From assembly GCF_036321535.1 (NCBI RefSeq), contig NC_087436.1, positions 64,916,001 through 64,980,000 of the forward strand: a stretch of DNA of 64,000 bases. The letters are read 5' to 3'. Every line of letters starts with the position of its first letter. Position 1 is the stretch's first letter. Positions 11,570 to 24,210 of the stretch are shown one piece after another. The notes under the pieces are model-generated. The model did not search any database. It had not been told where the DNA came from and saw only the letters and a program-made list of their open reading frames with translations. Both the position numbers and the translations under genes were made by a program. Source of the stretch: Camelus dromedarius (Eukaryota).

Positions 11570-12292
11570 GTTGTAGGACTCAAATGTATGATCTCCAGAG
11601 TTTTAAATACTGTTATACAGCCACTGTCCCCAAACAATCATATACCGAAAAGAATGGGAAAATCTAACTTTTCAGAGATTGAAATGACCACAACCAGAAA
11701 CTTGCTATGTACTCATGATCCACAAAGAGTGGTCCAGTCTTGGGTTGATGATATCCCTAGATGATATTGATTTGTTGTTCAGTACAGGTGTAAGAATTAC
11801 AAGGGCAGATAGAGAACTGAGGCTATATATGATAATATGACACAATTCCCCAAAAGCTCTTGTGTAGGATGGTAAGAGTGTAAACTGAAAAATGACTCCA
11901 CTATTTACTTGAGGAAATTGCTGTAAACCAATTTATCCAGGCAAACAGTTTGCTCCTCTGGGCAAATAGCTCTCGTGTCAGGAAAATAGAATGATCACTG
12001 GTGTAAAAAGCTCACATGTCATATAGGTGTTTACTCATCAAAACCCACACTGTGCTATATCCACCAATTCTAAATTGTTACATCACATTCTATGCTCAAT
12101 ACCAATCAATTTCTTGTCTTGAACTTTGAACCTGGTCTCCCAAATTTTGTAAGTATCCATCTTTGAGTTCTCTCTTTTGATGTGCAGTTAGGACTGTCAA
12201 AGTGGCATTGTCTCTTACAGTCAAAACTCTAAGAAACTTAACTTGGCTAGGATGACAGGGTTTTGATGTTTTGGGGGATATGACAGTTGATA
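11570..12292 (+). mobile_element. ERV1-type LTR, MER34/MER39-like
   Basis: accaatcaat and the terminal aaacttaacttggctaggatgacagggttttgatgttttggggg...ttgaca-like end resemble MER34-family LTRs. Confidence 0.4.
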
Positions 12293-12599
12293 CATTTTGT
12301 ACTTAAACTATAAAGGTTAATGTTACTGAATAATCTATTTGATTATATATACATATGATTTCAAGCAAGTTTTTACTTCCTCAGAATTAAACTTTTGCTT
12401 TCAAAGAAACTAAGTAAAACCCCATAGAATCTATATTTTGATAGATTCAACATTTAATCCATTATATTATTTGGTTAACCTAAAAATTTGATTAAGTTCT
12501 ATAATTTGATGAGATAATGAAACAGTGACACTGTGCCTTGACAATCTAACCATTTCCTTTCTCTATTTTTACTTCCTGCCAAAGTTTGCCTCTCGTTAT

Positions 12600-13020
12600 A
12601 AAGAGTACAAGTGTCAGATCTCATTTTCTGGCCTCCCTTGCAGTAAAGCTAGGCCATAGTGCTGGCCAAAAAGATAAAAAAGCAGAACTGTGTGCGTGCG
12701 TGTGCATGCACGCATTCTTCTGATACTCTCCTTGGTAAAAAAAAAAAAAAAAAAAAAAAATAGTGCTATGAGGATAGAACCCTAACTTACTTTCTTTGGG
12801 TGTTGTTGCTCAAGCATGTGATACAAAGACATGCAGTGTCAATCTTGGAACCACAAAGCCACAGCCTGAAAACAGCATCCAGCTCTGTGTCTTAGTGACA
12901 TTGAAACACAGAACCAACCTTTATACTACCTACCTTTAGACTTGTTATTTACAATAAATACTTATTTAATTGTTTGAATAGTTTATTCCATAACTTACAG
13001 CCAACAGCAGCTCTGATTCA
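12600..13020 (+). mobile_element. Old MaLR/ERVL LTR with internal (GT/GC)n and poly-A
   Basis: gcctcccttgcag...ctggccaa, ctacctacctttagacttgtt, aataaat...acttacagccaa. Confidence 0.5.
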
Positions 13021-15559
13021 AATATTGGACCCATTAATTTTTTTTTTTTGAGTAATAGGTTATTTGCTAAAAACAATGTCTATTGTTTTGGGTGGTAAAT
13101 TAAGGGTCTGCCCATAGTACATTGCATTACAGAGTAATAATTGTCCCATAATCACAACATAGGAAAATAATATTTTGAGTTGTTAGGAATATGAATGGAT
13201 CCATTAATTAGTTTTTAGTGTTGTAGGTTTTATTTTGTTTTTTGCCTATTTCTGATCATTTGCATAGGAAACTCAGAGGAAGGTAGACATTTGTGTCCAT
13301 TTCAACCTCTTACAAGGAAATCTCATAGCTTTTATGTCTAAAATTTTGTATTTGGGAGTTTTCTTAAGAAAACATGGTAAGTATTCAGATAAGTTAAAAG
13401 CACTGAAGCATTATCACATTATTTTCAGTCCTCTGTGAGTACTTTTCTTCTTTCCTATTTTTCCCTTTATGTATTTGAGCAGATTTGGATTTGAGCAGAT
13501 CTTTCACCTTGATGAAAGGTAGACAAAATGGGTTTTTGCTTATGATTGTGTCCTTCAAATAAAGGAAAGTGTTCTGACCCATTTTTGAAAATGATAGCAA
13601 TGATAGCATTCAATCCTAACTCCATGACTCCATGTAGGACAGGTTTAATGAGCTGGCCTATCTCTTTTTGTTATTAGCAGCATTATACACTGAGCTATAC
13701 TGAATACTTTTCATTGCATTATATGGAAAAAAAATTTCACTAGTCTTTGTAAGCTTTGCAATTTATTTTTGCATTTAAATTTGAAATTTAAATGCATACA
13801 TGGATATAAGTAGAACTAATTTGAAAATATAGTCACAATTTATATTTTTAAATGTTTTCTTTAAGCAGAGGGGAAATCTTAACTATCTGTAATTACTAAG
13901 GGTACTTCAAGCTTAATAAAGGGGCATTGTCTAAGAATGGCTCAGAAGAGTCTGTATTTTGTTTTTTCTTAACAATTATCCAGTGTATTTTTAAGTATTA
14001 TCTTTTTATTTGGCCTGTGAATGCATACAGATATGTGACCCTCTTCACCCTTTGTGTGACAATTTATTTGGTTTAGAGACTTTGACTATTCTGCATATAT
14101 ACTTCTAGAAGGCAAAATGAGCAGACTACAGAGATCTTGTGGGGAAAAACATATTTTCCTAGTTGTTCTTGCGGGTGAATCTAACAAAGATTCTAAGATA
14201 AATAAATTCTTAGTCAAATATAGCACTCTAACAGTGACCTTAAAAGAAATCAACAAGAGACAAACTCCAGTCAATTGAGAGACAAACGAAAATAAAAATT
14301 GTTGTATGAAAGGACTTATAGTAGGTAACGAACAGATAAATAGATTTAAATCAATGGTTAGTAAATGTATTTATTATAAAAATGGTAACAGAGTTAATAT
14401 TTTGATGTTGTATTTTTTGCTCCTGGAATTTACATTTCTATGTGTTACTTATGTCCTGCTTTCTAGAAAATTCTTGAGTACCGAGGCCTCTGTGAAGGAA
14501 AGGCACATAGAAAGAGCAAACTATCAGATTTTTTATTTTGAGATTTCTCATTTTCAGATGGACTTTTGAAATTTCTGGCGTAGGTGACAGTTTGACTTCA
14601 GGGTATCTAGAGTCAAAATATATACCTTAATAATAGATTTGGGAGAAAAAATTTATGAATAACAAGGTTTCTTGCTGTAAATGCAATAAAGAAAGGGGAC
14701 AAACTGGGGAAGAGAGCAAACATTAGAAGTCTGCATCCTCAACCAGGCCAAGGGCTGAGGTTTGTGATAGCAGCTTTGAGATGATGGGGATTTGAGAACA
14801 GGGGGGAGACACCTCCTCATTTCTCAGGTGGTGCCCAGAAAGTGAACAGTCTTCTGGGGTCAAGTTACGTTGCTCTAGCATGGTGCCCTCAGAGAATAAA
14901 AATGGTAGCATGTGTTTTTGTTATAGAAAAGGTCTGATGTCAACCAAAAATGGATTTCAGTGACTCCCAAGGGCAGCTTGCTCCTGATGCAGTGATGCCG
15001 TATAAACCTGCTGCCCTCCTCAAATTCTACTCCTAGATGCCTTCACAGGGAAAAGGAAGAGTAAAGCCACTTCTCTAACAACATATTTTAAAGTTGAAAT
15101 TATTAGTAAACCTCAAAAGTCACTGAGTTTACTTTTAAATGTCTAGATTCAGTTTTTTTTGCAATGGCATGAACTGGGAGTTTGAAGTATAGACTAATTC
15201 TTGTTACACAGATATTTTTACTTTATTTTTATTTTATTTTTTCAGATATTTTAAAAATAACATTTTTGTGTGTATCACTTTGTTATGAGGAAACAGTAAT
15301 CTGCTAAAAACTAAAACAGTAATCTGTCAAAAAATTTCAAAAACTATAATTATTGAGATGGAACTACATAAATGTAAAATGTTAAAAATAAAATCCTAAA
15401 TATACACAGAAAACAAGAAGTAGCTATGAATTTCTTTGTAATTCCCAGGGAATCAGGATACTTTTTCATCTGGATGATGATTTGAGAATTATAAGTCTAA
15501 ATATAAATTTAATACTTTAACATCCTTTAAAAAGTAAAAATAGTATGTATATTATATAA

Positions 15560-16095
15560 GAATGAAAAAATCTAAGAACATTGTGCACAGAATAAAAAAT
15601 GAAATGAACAAAGAGCAAGGAAGCCCCAAATACAGCAAGTACAATAGAATATAAAAGAAAAAGAAATACATCAACTTTGACAGTAACTGTAAAAAGTTAA
15701 ACTTGTTTATGCAACAAAGAGTTTCTTGGAATGGGTTCCAAATCCAAATCTGTCTATGTGATACTTGCAGACATACATTGAAGATGATACAGAAAGCTAA
15801 AATGCAAAGAATGCATAAAGCAAATCCAAAATGAAAACTAAAGAAAAAACTTTATAAAAGCAGATGTCAGTATATTCTTAGGAGACAAAGTAGAATTTAA
15901 AATAGAAAACATTAAATTGGAAAAAGACAGCCATTCATATTTATAAAAGTACCATCCACAAATCAGCTGTATCTCTCATGAAACTGAACCACTATGCAAC
16001 ACATAATAGAATATAAAAATGTATAAAGGGAAAGAGAAATACTAGGAAGAGAGGCAGAAACTATCCTACTAAGAAATGTTACTCAGTCTTTTATG
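15560..16095 (+). mobile_element. Decayed L1 inter-ORF / ORF2 endonuclease region
   Basis: aaagcagatgtcagtatattcttaggagacaaagtagaatttaaaata...gaaaaagacagccattcatat resembles the L1 EN coding region. Confidence 0.6.
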
Positions 16096-16114
16096 GCTTG
16101 TGGAGGTGAAATTT

Positions 16115-16347
16115 TAACATTGAATGTCCTATATACCATGTACTGTTTCGAGTGCTTAGCATGTCATTTATTTAATGCTCACAACATCTCTGTTGGTTAG
16201 GTCATATTATCCCAATTTTTCATGTAAGAAAACTAAGATAGAAATAGTTGAAATAACTTCCTTCAGGTCACACTGTTCATAGTCACGAAGCTTGAATTTG
16301 AACCTAGGCAACTGAACTCCAGAATTCACACTCCCATCCACTACATT
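16115..16347 (-). mobile_element. MIR SINE
   Basis: tttaatgctcacaac...attatcccaattttt...gaaaactaag...aggtcacac...gaatttgaacctaggca. Confidence 0.8.
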
Positions 16348-16449
16348 ATAAAAATCATGGGTAACATAATTAAAATTTAATAATCTCAAGTATGATCTTC
16401 AGACATTTAAATGTACCTAAGTATCAACAGATATATTTCAATAAATTAA

Positions 16450-16700
16450 AAAACTACCGGTTACTAGTGGGGAGAGAGAAGGTGGGAGGGGCAATATAGA
16501 GAGGGGAGTAGGAGGTACAAAGGTAGGTATAAAACTTAGGTATATTATATCTATTAGGTGTAAAATAAGCTACAAGGATATACTGTACAACACAGGAAAT
16601 ATAGCCAGTTTTTTTATAATAACTATAAATGGAGCATAACCTTTAAAAATTGAGACTCACTACATTGTATACCTGTAACACATTAAAAAAAAAAAAAAAA
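16450..16700 (+). mobile_element. Younger L1 3'UTR with poly(A)
   Basis: ggttactagtggggagag...taaaataagctacaaggatatactgtacaacacaggaaatatagcc...ataactataaatggag, then A16. Confidence 0.8.
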
Positions 16701-17324
16701 GTTCCAGGTGAGAGAGGGAGATCGAAGTAAACATATATGTAGTAAGAGCATGGGAACAGAGGTACTCTGGCCCAGCCAGGAGCGATGGACAAGGAATCAG
16801 GTGAAAGAAGAGGTCAGGGAAGGATTCCTGGGGAAGGTAGTATCAGATCAGAGTTCCTTCTTCAGAACTACACACGTGCCTGGATCTAGGAAGAGGCCTA
16901 TGAAGATGAAACGAGAGGGAGCTCCTTCCGGTCCTCTAAAAAACTGACAATATTAGAAAGGAGATAGTATTAATTTAGCTGGTCCCAGTGACTATTAATT
17001 TTAGCTGTAATTGAAATCCACCTACCATTAACCTCTAGGTCTGATGGTTTAGAGTTGTCCAGGTTCCTCTCTGCTGGAGAAGGCAGTTCATTTCTTCCAT
17101 GATGATGAGTTCCTTGTGCCTGTATTTCTAGTTGCCATCCAGGTCTTCTGAGCTATTTATAAAGTGGTTCTCCTGCCAAAATCCCAAATTCACAGAATAA
17201 AAGCCAAATAAGAACTGTGAAATCTTTAAAGGTATCCTTCAGTTCCCAAACAAGGTTTCCTCATAGAACGGTCAGAGTTTTAAGATGACTCAGATGTTCC
17301 TCATTAATTGAAACTGTAATGATT

Positions 17325-18005
17325 CCATTATTCAGTCAATCAGTCAACTCGGTATTTAATGATTGCACAATACCAAGCTCTGATTTAGGCATGGAGGATC
17401 CTTTGTAAATTAGGAGTCAATGTCCCTTCATCCACAGCGTTGCTTACAGCCTGGTTAAGAATATGAACAAATAAGCAAATTAATTCGTGGTGATGAGTGC
17501 TTTAATGAGATCAGTTCAAAGTTCAAGTTTAAACCGGGTGTGTCAGGGAAGACTTTCCAGAAGAAATGATAGATAAGTTTGGACCTGAAGGAGTAGGCTG
17601 ATCAAGTAAAGATGCCACAGACCCAAAGAGATGAAGGAGGGGAATGATGAAAAATGTTCTTGTTGACTGAGCATGTGAGACTGTGAGGGGCAAGAGGAAA
17701 CTTGACTTGTTTCAGAGGAACTGAATATTCAGTGCGGCTGAAAAACAAAGTAGAAGAGAGGAATGTGAGAGAGGAGGCTGGAGTGGTAGCAGAGGCCCAG
17801 TCAGCGGAGGTCTAATTGATGATGTTACAGACCTTATACTGTATTGTTGATCAGTGAGGACCCACTGCAGTATTAAAGCCGTGATTGTGTTACGGAAGTA
17901 ACATAATCAGATTTGCATTTTTGAAAGCTCACTCAGGATGTTTATTGTGTGGGTGAGTAGACTGGAGTAGAGCAAGAGGTGGACAGGGAAACCAGTGGGA
18001 GATTT
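17325..18005 (-). mobile_element. L2 LINE fragment
   Basis: attcagtcaatcagtcaa...tatttaatg, gtcagggaagactttccaga, atcagatttgcatttttgaaagctcactc. Confidence 0.7.
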
Positions 18006-18699
18006 TTGATCAGCAAGACCTCCTGGACTTGGGGATTGTCCTTTCCACTGATATCCAAATCTAGGTGAAGTAAAATAAGGTGAACGCCATCCCAGGTAAC
18101 TCAGAGTAAGGTTACATTTTCCTCGTAGTATTCTGTTCAGGACTGACTATTATGAGGACAATTCCTGCTTCTGGGTCAGTTCTTAATCCCTTCATTCCCT
18201 GTCATCCCCTGGAGCTGATGATCTTTCTCTAAAGTGCTTTGCCCCAAGCACTTGAAAACAAAACAAAACAACAGAAATAGCCATTTCCTGACAAAGGTAA
18301 AAAAATATTAATAAGTTACATAAATTCAACATAATGTGATAAATATGCCCATGTGGTGGGCATAGAGGACACATAGGTGGGCAAGTTCACTGCACAGTTC
18401 ACAGTTGAGAGGAAATGAAATCTAAGTTGTGTCCAGCCTACGGAGCAGGATTCAGAGGAAGGAGAAAGTGTAGGGCAGAGGGAGTATGAATGTGTGGGGA
18501 AAAAATGGCCTGGGAAAAGCCATACAGACACAAGAAGACAGATTTTGGGAAACTGCATATAATTTAATACTGCTGGGACACTGGTGGAAGATGTGAAGTT
18601 TGAAGAGATGTTGAAAAAGATAATCAAAGTCAACCTTTTCTTTAATGGGTTTAATTCTGAAGGACCTATTAAAAATATAAGTATTACTTGCCTCCAAAT

Positions 18700-20193
18700 A
18701 ATACATATATCAAGTTTAAAAAGTAAGAGTCATCCTATAAGGATTATAAAAATAGCTGTCCCCATCTTGTTCCACCTGGAAGCTTCCACTTTATGGTGGT
18801 TTTTTTTTTTTTTTTGCCGACATTTATTTCTATATTCTAAATAGCACATGTATACCAATACTTTTTTCATTCTTTTTGAAATTTGTGAATTTGATTTTTT
18901 GGTCATGTTTAAAAACTATTTCTCCAAGTCTGGGTTGCATATTCCCCCACCTTGTCTTACAGAACTAAAGACATAAAGTTTAAATCATTTACTTAAAGTT
19001 GGAACAAATCTTTTAGGCCAGGTAACTTTCCACACAAAGCAAATGGGAGATAGTATGATAAGAACTAGGAGATCCACACCATCATTGGGTTTATTGTCTT
19101 TTTTGTGTTTGTTTGTCTTTCTGCAGGACAATAGTGCCATTTGTATTTCATGATGAATCCTATATAAACTTGCAAGTAGGATATGTTGCATCTAATAATG
19201 AACTCCTTCTTAAAGGAACAAAGTATCAAAGATTTTGCACAGGAATTTATTTGAAATTAATTTTAATTTGGTGAGTTTATATAGAGTATCAGGTATCTGG
19301 GATTAGATTCCACAGTGGAGTTCAGGAGGGTTTGAGGAATGTGCTTATATGGTTCCAACTATTTGTTACAATTTTATTTATGATTTTTAAAAAAGTTTGA
19401 CATTGATATTCTGTAATGAAATAAATCTTTATCTGCCTTTCTCCCTCCCTTTCTCATATATACAAATTTACTTCCTTCTATTGTTCAAGTATACTTAAAA
19501 TACAATTTTTGGTTAATAGTAAAAAAAAAAAAACTGTGACTATGTTTTAAACCAAGACATACCATGTACTATGATTATTTTTCTCTTTGTTTTACAACTT
19601 TTTTTTTAATATACTCAATAATACATTTTAATTTGCTTAGCTTTCTGTCCACCCTATCAGTCATTTATCCCTAAGTTCTCTGATAGAATTGGAAATAACT
19701 CCTGGATGTGTTCAATGTTCAAACACATTGGATATTCTACCCATTTAACTTCCTTCTAGCAGACAGGACTCTCAGAACACTTTGTCCTGCTGCTCTAGTT
19801 TCAACTGTTTGCTCTTGAACTTGTTTCTCACATGATCGCTTTGAAAATCTCTTTCTTTGACCAGCATTGCATCTATTGTTTTTTGAATTCTGTACTGACC
19901 GATTCCCTCATTTTGGTGGACTACCTTCACCATTAGCTTTCTGAAGAGAATTTCTGAGTTAGGGAGGCATGGCTTAGCTTCTGTTTGACTTTATCTCCTA
20001 TAGGTTTAGGTTTTAGGTTTCTCTGAGTTACTAAAGCATCTTAAGAGTTTAAGTTGTGGCTTTTTCTGAGCTATTAAATCATATACTATTAGTCTGGTTA
20101 CTTTCTCGGTTTCTTGTCAGTTGTTGCTTTTCCCATTCACTTTGTTCTTGTGGCTTAATTCCTGTTTCATCCTTTTACTATTGATTTAAAGGG
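18700..20193 (-). mobile_element. HAL1-like / old L1 fragments (probably resuming at ~21117-21180)
   Basis: tccctcattttggtggactaccttcaccattagctttctgaagag and catgtgtttgatttgtcatgtctgaac resemble recalled HAL1. Confidence 0.45.
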
Positions 20194-21116
20194 TTTGGTA
20201 GGCAGTCTCTGAAATGGCCTCTGGTAATCACTGCCTCCTGGCATTCATGCTGTTGTGTAACCTCCTCCCTTTAAATATGGGCTGGACCTAGTGACTGACT
20301 TCTAGGGAGTAAGGTATGACATGTCTGATAGGATGTCGCCTCTGAGATTAGGTTACAAAGATACCTTGACTTTGATCTTACTTTCTGTCTTTCTTGCTCT
20401 CACTCTCATTCTTGCTCTCTCATTAGCTCCGAGGGAAGCAAAAGTTTCTGTATTGTGAGCTGCCCTATATAGGAGCCCACCTGGCAAAAAGCAAAGGAGG
20501 CCTCTGGACAATAATCAGCAAGGAATGTGGGTCCTCAGTGCAGTAGGCTGGGGGCAACTGAGTTCTGCCACATGAATGAACTTAGAAGCAGATCCTCTCC
20601 CATTTCAAGTCTGCAGCAGCCCCACTGGTTGCTCAGATAAGCTGCACTCAAGTTTCTGACTTCTATAGACTGAAAGTATGTGTCCCTCCCACCCACCAAA
20701 TTTATATGTTGAAATCTTAACTCCCAAGGTAATGGTATTAGGAGTTGGGGCCTTTGGAAGGTGATTAGATCATGAGGACAGAGCCCTCGTGAGTGGTATT
20801 AGTGCCCTTAAAAAAGAAATCCCAGGGAGAGCCCTTGACCCCTTCCATCAAGTGAGGATACAGCAAAAAAGTGTATGTGAACCAGGAAGCAAGCTTTCAT
20901 GAGACACAGAATCTGCTGCTGTCTTGATCTTGGATTTCTTGACCTCCAGAACTATGAGAAATACATTTCTGTAGTTTACCAGTTTATGTAATTTTTTTTA
21001 TAGCAGCCTGAGTGGACTAAGATACTGACCCACAGAAACTGGGAGATAATAAATGTTTGTTGTCTTAAGCTGCTAAATTGGGATTATTTATTTCATAACC
21101 ATGGGTAACAAATATA
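20194..21116 (+). mobile_element. MLT1F-like MaLR LTR, interrupted by MLT1A0
   Basis: tggtaggcagtctct...cctcctggcattcatgc...gggctggacctagtgact...gagattaggttaca; resumes at ctgacccacagaaactg...aataaatgtttgttg. Confidence 0.8.
20661..21024 (+). mobile_element. MLT1A0-like MaLR solo LTR
   Basis: 364 bp; tatatgttgaaatcttaac...gggcctttggaaggtgattagatcatgagg...tagcagcctgagtggactaagata; perfect TSD CTGAC at 20656-20660 and 21025-21029. Confidence 0.9.
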
Positions 21117-21269
21117 GAAAGATTTTAGTAAGGAATAGAGGTTATCACATGTGTTTGATTTGTCATGTCTGAACAAAAACCCAAAGGCTCTTCTTTAGAA
21201 GTCATGGTACGATTTTCTAAAAGAAAGTAAAATGATAGTTATTTTAAAGAGTTACTATATGGAAGCCTT

Positions 21270-21610
21270 GTGGGGAACATACTGGAGTGAGCCAGACTGG
21301 AAGAAATGAGATATTGCAGTGATCAGATGAGAAATGACGAGGGCCCGAATTAAGTTGGTATCAGAGGATACGGAGGAGAGAAGGCAGATTTGTGAGCTAT
21401 TAGTCATTGATCCAGTGTGATTGCTGAATAGATATTGTGATGAAATAAGAAGCAGATTTCTCCTGGAGTCCAGTCTTGAAGGAATGCAGTGGATCATGGT
21501 TCTGTTAATTAGGATAAAGACTAGAGAAGAAGGAGCAAAAGTGGACAGGATAAGGATAAGTTTGGTTTTGGACATTGTGAGTTTGAGATGCCCTGATAAG
21601 TCTACATGAA
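21270..21610 (-). mobile_element. L2 LINE fragment
   Basis: agtttggttttggacattgtgagtttgagatgcc is an antisense L2 motif. Confidence 0.65.
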
Positions 21611-21629
21611 AATAATGGTAATGAGGATT

Positions 21630-21885
21630 CTCATGAAGCAGTAAGTGCTTAATTATCAGTGGGCCCTGTTTGATGCGTCCTACACGAGTCATTTTGTTTG
21701 ATCCCCATGACAATATTATCTAATAGTTGCTATCATTATTTCCATTTAACAATGAATAACTTAAGATTTAGAGAGGTCAAATAAATTTCCCAAGGGCATA
21801 GAGTGATTTTTGAGATAATAATTTAAACACAAGCCAGGCTGTTTCCGTAGCTCAAGCTTCTTATCTTCATTCCACGCTGTTCTTA
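21630..21885 (-). mobile_element. MIR SINE
   Basis: attatttccatttaacaatgaataac...agagaggtcaaataaatttcccaagg. Confidence 0.65.
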
Positions 21886-22891
21886 CAGGACCAGCTCTCA
21901 AAAGGAAATAATTGGGCCTTGTCTTCAGAATTTCTGGATTTCTTTGGGTTGCCCTAAACATTTTCATACCCAGACAATTCTGGTTCTAATTACATGACTG
22001 GGCCTACAGCCTAGAGGGAAATTACAGGCATTTAAAATTTTCTGGTGAATTATTATATTTTATGAATCAATTACATGTAAGATATGTTGTTGATAGATAT
22101 GAAAAAAGACAGGCCTGGTTTTTGTGTTAAATTTAATCATTATAGTGCATGCCTCCTGGGTGATGTATCTCACATTCATTTAAATAGATTATGATAGTGA
22201 CTTTAAATCCAGGATCTTTAGTAATAAGAGGCTACACAGGATAAAGGCCACTTTATCTTAATTATGCTATGGAAAAATTATGACCCAAATAGTATTATGT
22301 AAATATCATTGAATTTAGTTTATTTTAACTTTGATTTACTTAAAAAAATACATTCTGCAAATGGCTGCTTGGATTGAATAGAAAAGTTCATTGTAATTTC
22401 TGAAATAATCATCAGTTTGGCAGAACATGTAAACTGTAAAGCTATATAGGAAAGAAAAAAAGAGATGTACTCTGGTATTTCTCTTAGGACCACTAGAAGA
22501 TGATTTTTATTATTGAAATGAGTAAGTGAATGTTTATGACAATTGCAGATGCCTAAGGAGAGTGTAGGAAGATACTTAGATAATCAAAGCTATAGAGATG
22601 AATGATAAAGGCCAAGGACATTAAGGGAAGACTTGCACATAGGCATTAATTCAAAGAATTTCAATTCATCCCATGACCTCTTCTCTATACTCTTTGCATT
22701 CTGCCGTTTATTATTTTTACATCCGTGTCCTGCCTGAACTCATCTCAATGTTATCACCTTATGAAGTTTGAGTGCTTCTTTTAGACCAGCTTTTTATTAT
22801 AAAAATATTAAAAGATACAGCAAAGAAATAATGCAATAAACGCCTGATACTTTTCATGTAGGCTCAGCAATTGTTAAGGTTTGCCATATCA

Positions 22892-23002
22892 GCGTGCGTG
22901 CGTTGCGCGTGCGTGTGCGCGTGCGTGCGTGCGTGTGTCTGCGTGTGTGTGCGTGCACGTGTGCGTGCGTGTGTGTGTGTGTGCGTGTGTGTGTGTGTGT
23001 GT
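22892..23002. repeat. (GCGT)n/(GT)n alternating purine-pyrimidine tract
   Basis: Directly visible, ~110 bp. Confidence 0.95.
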
Positions 23003-23084
23003 TCATTCAAACTTACCCTTGAATATATCAGCCTGAATGTTTAGGAATAGGGATTCCTTAGGGTCTCTTCAATGCCAATAAAAA

Positions 23085-23320
23085 GAGTTTGATGCAATGA
23101 TTAAGAACGAAAATACTAGAGAACTAAATTTGGATCCTGACCCTGCCAGCTCACTAGCTGTGTACAATTGCTTTACCTCTTATGACCCCAGTTTTGTCTT
23201 ACATAAATGGGGATAAAATACTTTTCAACCTGACAGGATTACTGTAAGATCAAACAAGGGAGTATAAGCAAAATACCTCAGCCTAATGCTTTGTACAAAG
23301 TGAACACTCAGTAAAAAGTG
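23085..23320 (+). mobile_element. MIR SINE
   Basis: atcctgaccctgccagctcactagctgtgt...cagttttgtcttacataaatggggataa. Confidence 0.7.
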
Positions 23321-23969
23321 AAGTTTATAGTAGGTACTTGTCATCTCTTTCCCTCCTGCCCCACTCCTCCCCTATTACTAACTGTTCAGGCATTACATAC
23401 TCACAGCCAAGAGGAGATCAAATTAAGACTGAAAATGGAAATCTGAAGAAAAGTTTGGAGAAGGCATAATCCTGTTGGTTAACATATTTTTACTTAATTC
23501 AATATAAAACTACTCTGAAAAGGAAAAAGAATTCAACAAAGTCTCGCTCGCCTACGTTGCCCTTTGCTGAGAATGAACAAATCTGAGTTTCCTTGTGCTC
23601 AAGTTAATTTTGCATTGTTTAGAAGGCTTTGAAAGATAGGCGGGGTTTGAGAACTTTTAAACAGACCACCTTCAAATGAGTTTATAGCCAGTGATCAGTG
23701 TTTGTCATTAGAAAGAAACCTTTTATCATTTGGTTATTTTTACACAGAACTTAATAAGAATAATTGGGAGGCAGCTGGAGCCCTTTGACAGCTCTTAGAG
23801 AAAGAAGAAGGATTACTAGTACTATATTTAAGAGACAGAGCACCTATCTTGGGCTTGAGTCAGTGATACTGGCTTTGCTGTTGCTCAGAGTGGAAAGGTT
23901 GCTGTTCCTTTGTGAAGAGACCAGCTGAGCTGGGAAGAATAGAGAAAAGAGGGAAGAAAGAAAGTGAAC

Positions 23970-24210
23970 ATTCATAGAACACTTCTTTTAGTCAGATACT
24001 GGGCTAATGTCATGTGTGTGTTTCTCATTTTACTTGAATCCTCACACTATCCCTAAGTAGTACTGATTGCCATCTTTCATGAATGCAAGTGAGGATTCTA
24101 AAGATTTAAGGTACCAATTTTTTTTGCACACTGTCACACAGCTAGCAAAGAAAGCAATTGTGATTCAGAATCAAGTTTCTGCTTCTAACGTTGGTGCTCC
24201 TTCCACTACA
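23970..24210 (-). mobile_element. MIR SINE
   Basis: tgaatcctcacact...gtgaggattcta...gtcacacagctagcaa. Confidence 0.6.

Noticed and set aside
17102..17151. C/D-box snoRNA-like ATGATGA...CTGA (similar case at 28044-28094)
   Set aside because: Only ~50 nt, no terminal stem and no recognisable rRNA guide; such pairs are expected by chance.
21255..21713. Longest ORF in the track (152 aa)
   Set aside because: Lies across L2 and MIR fragments with no domain similarity.
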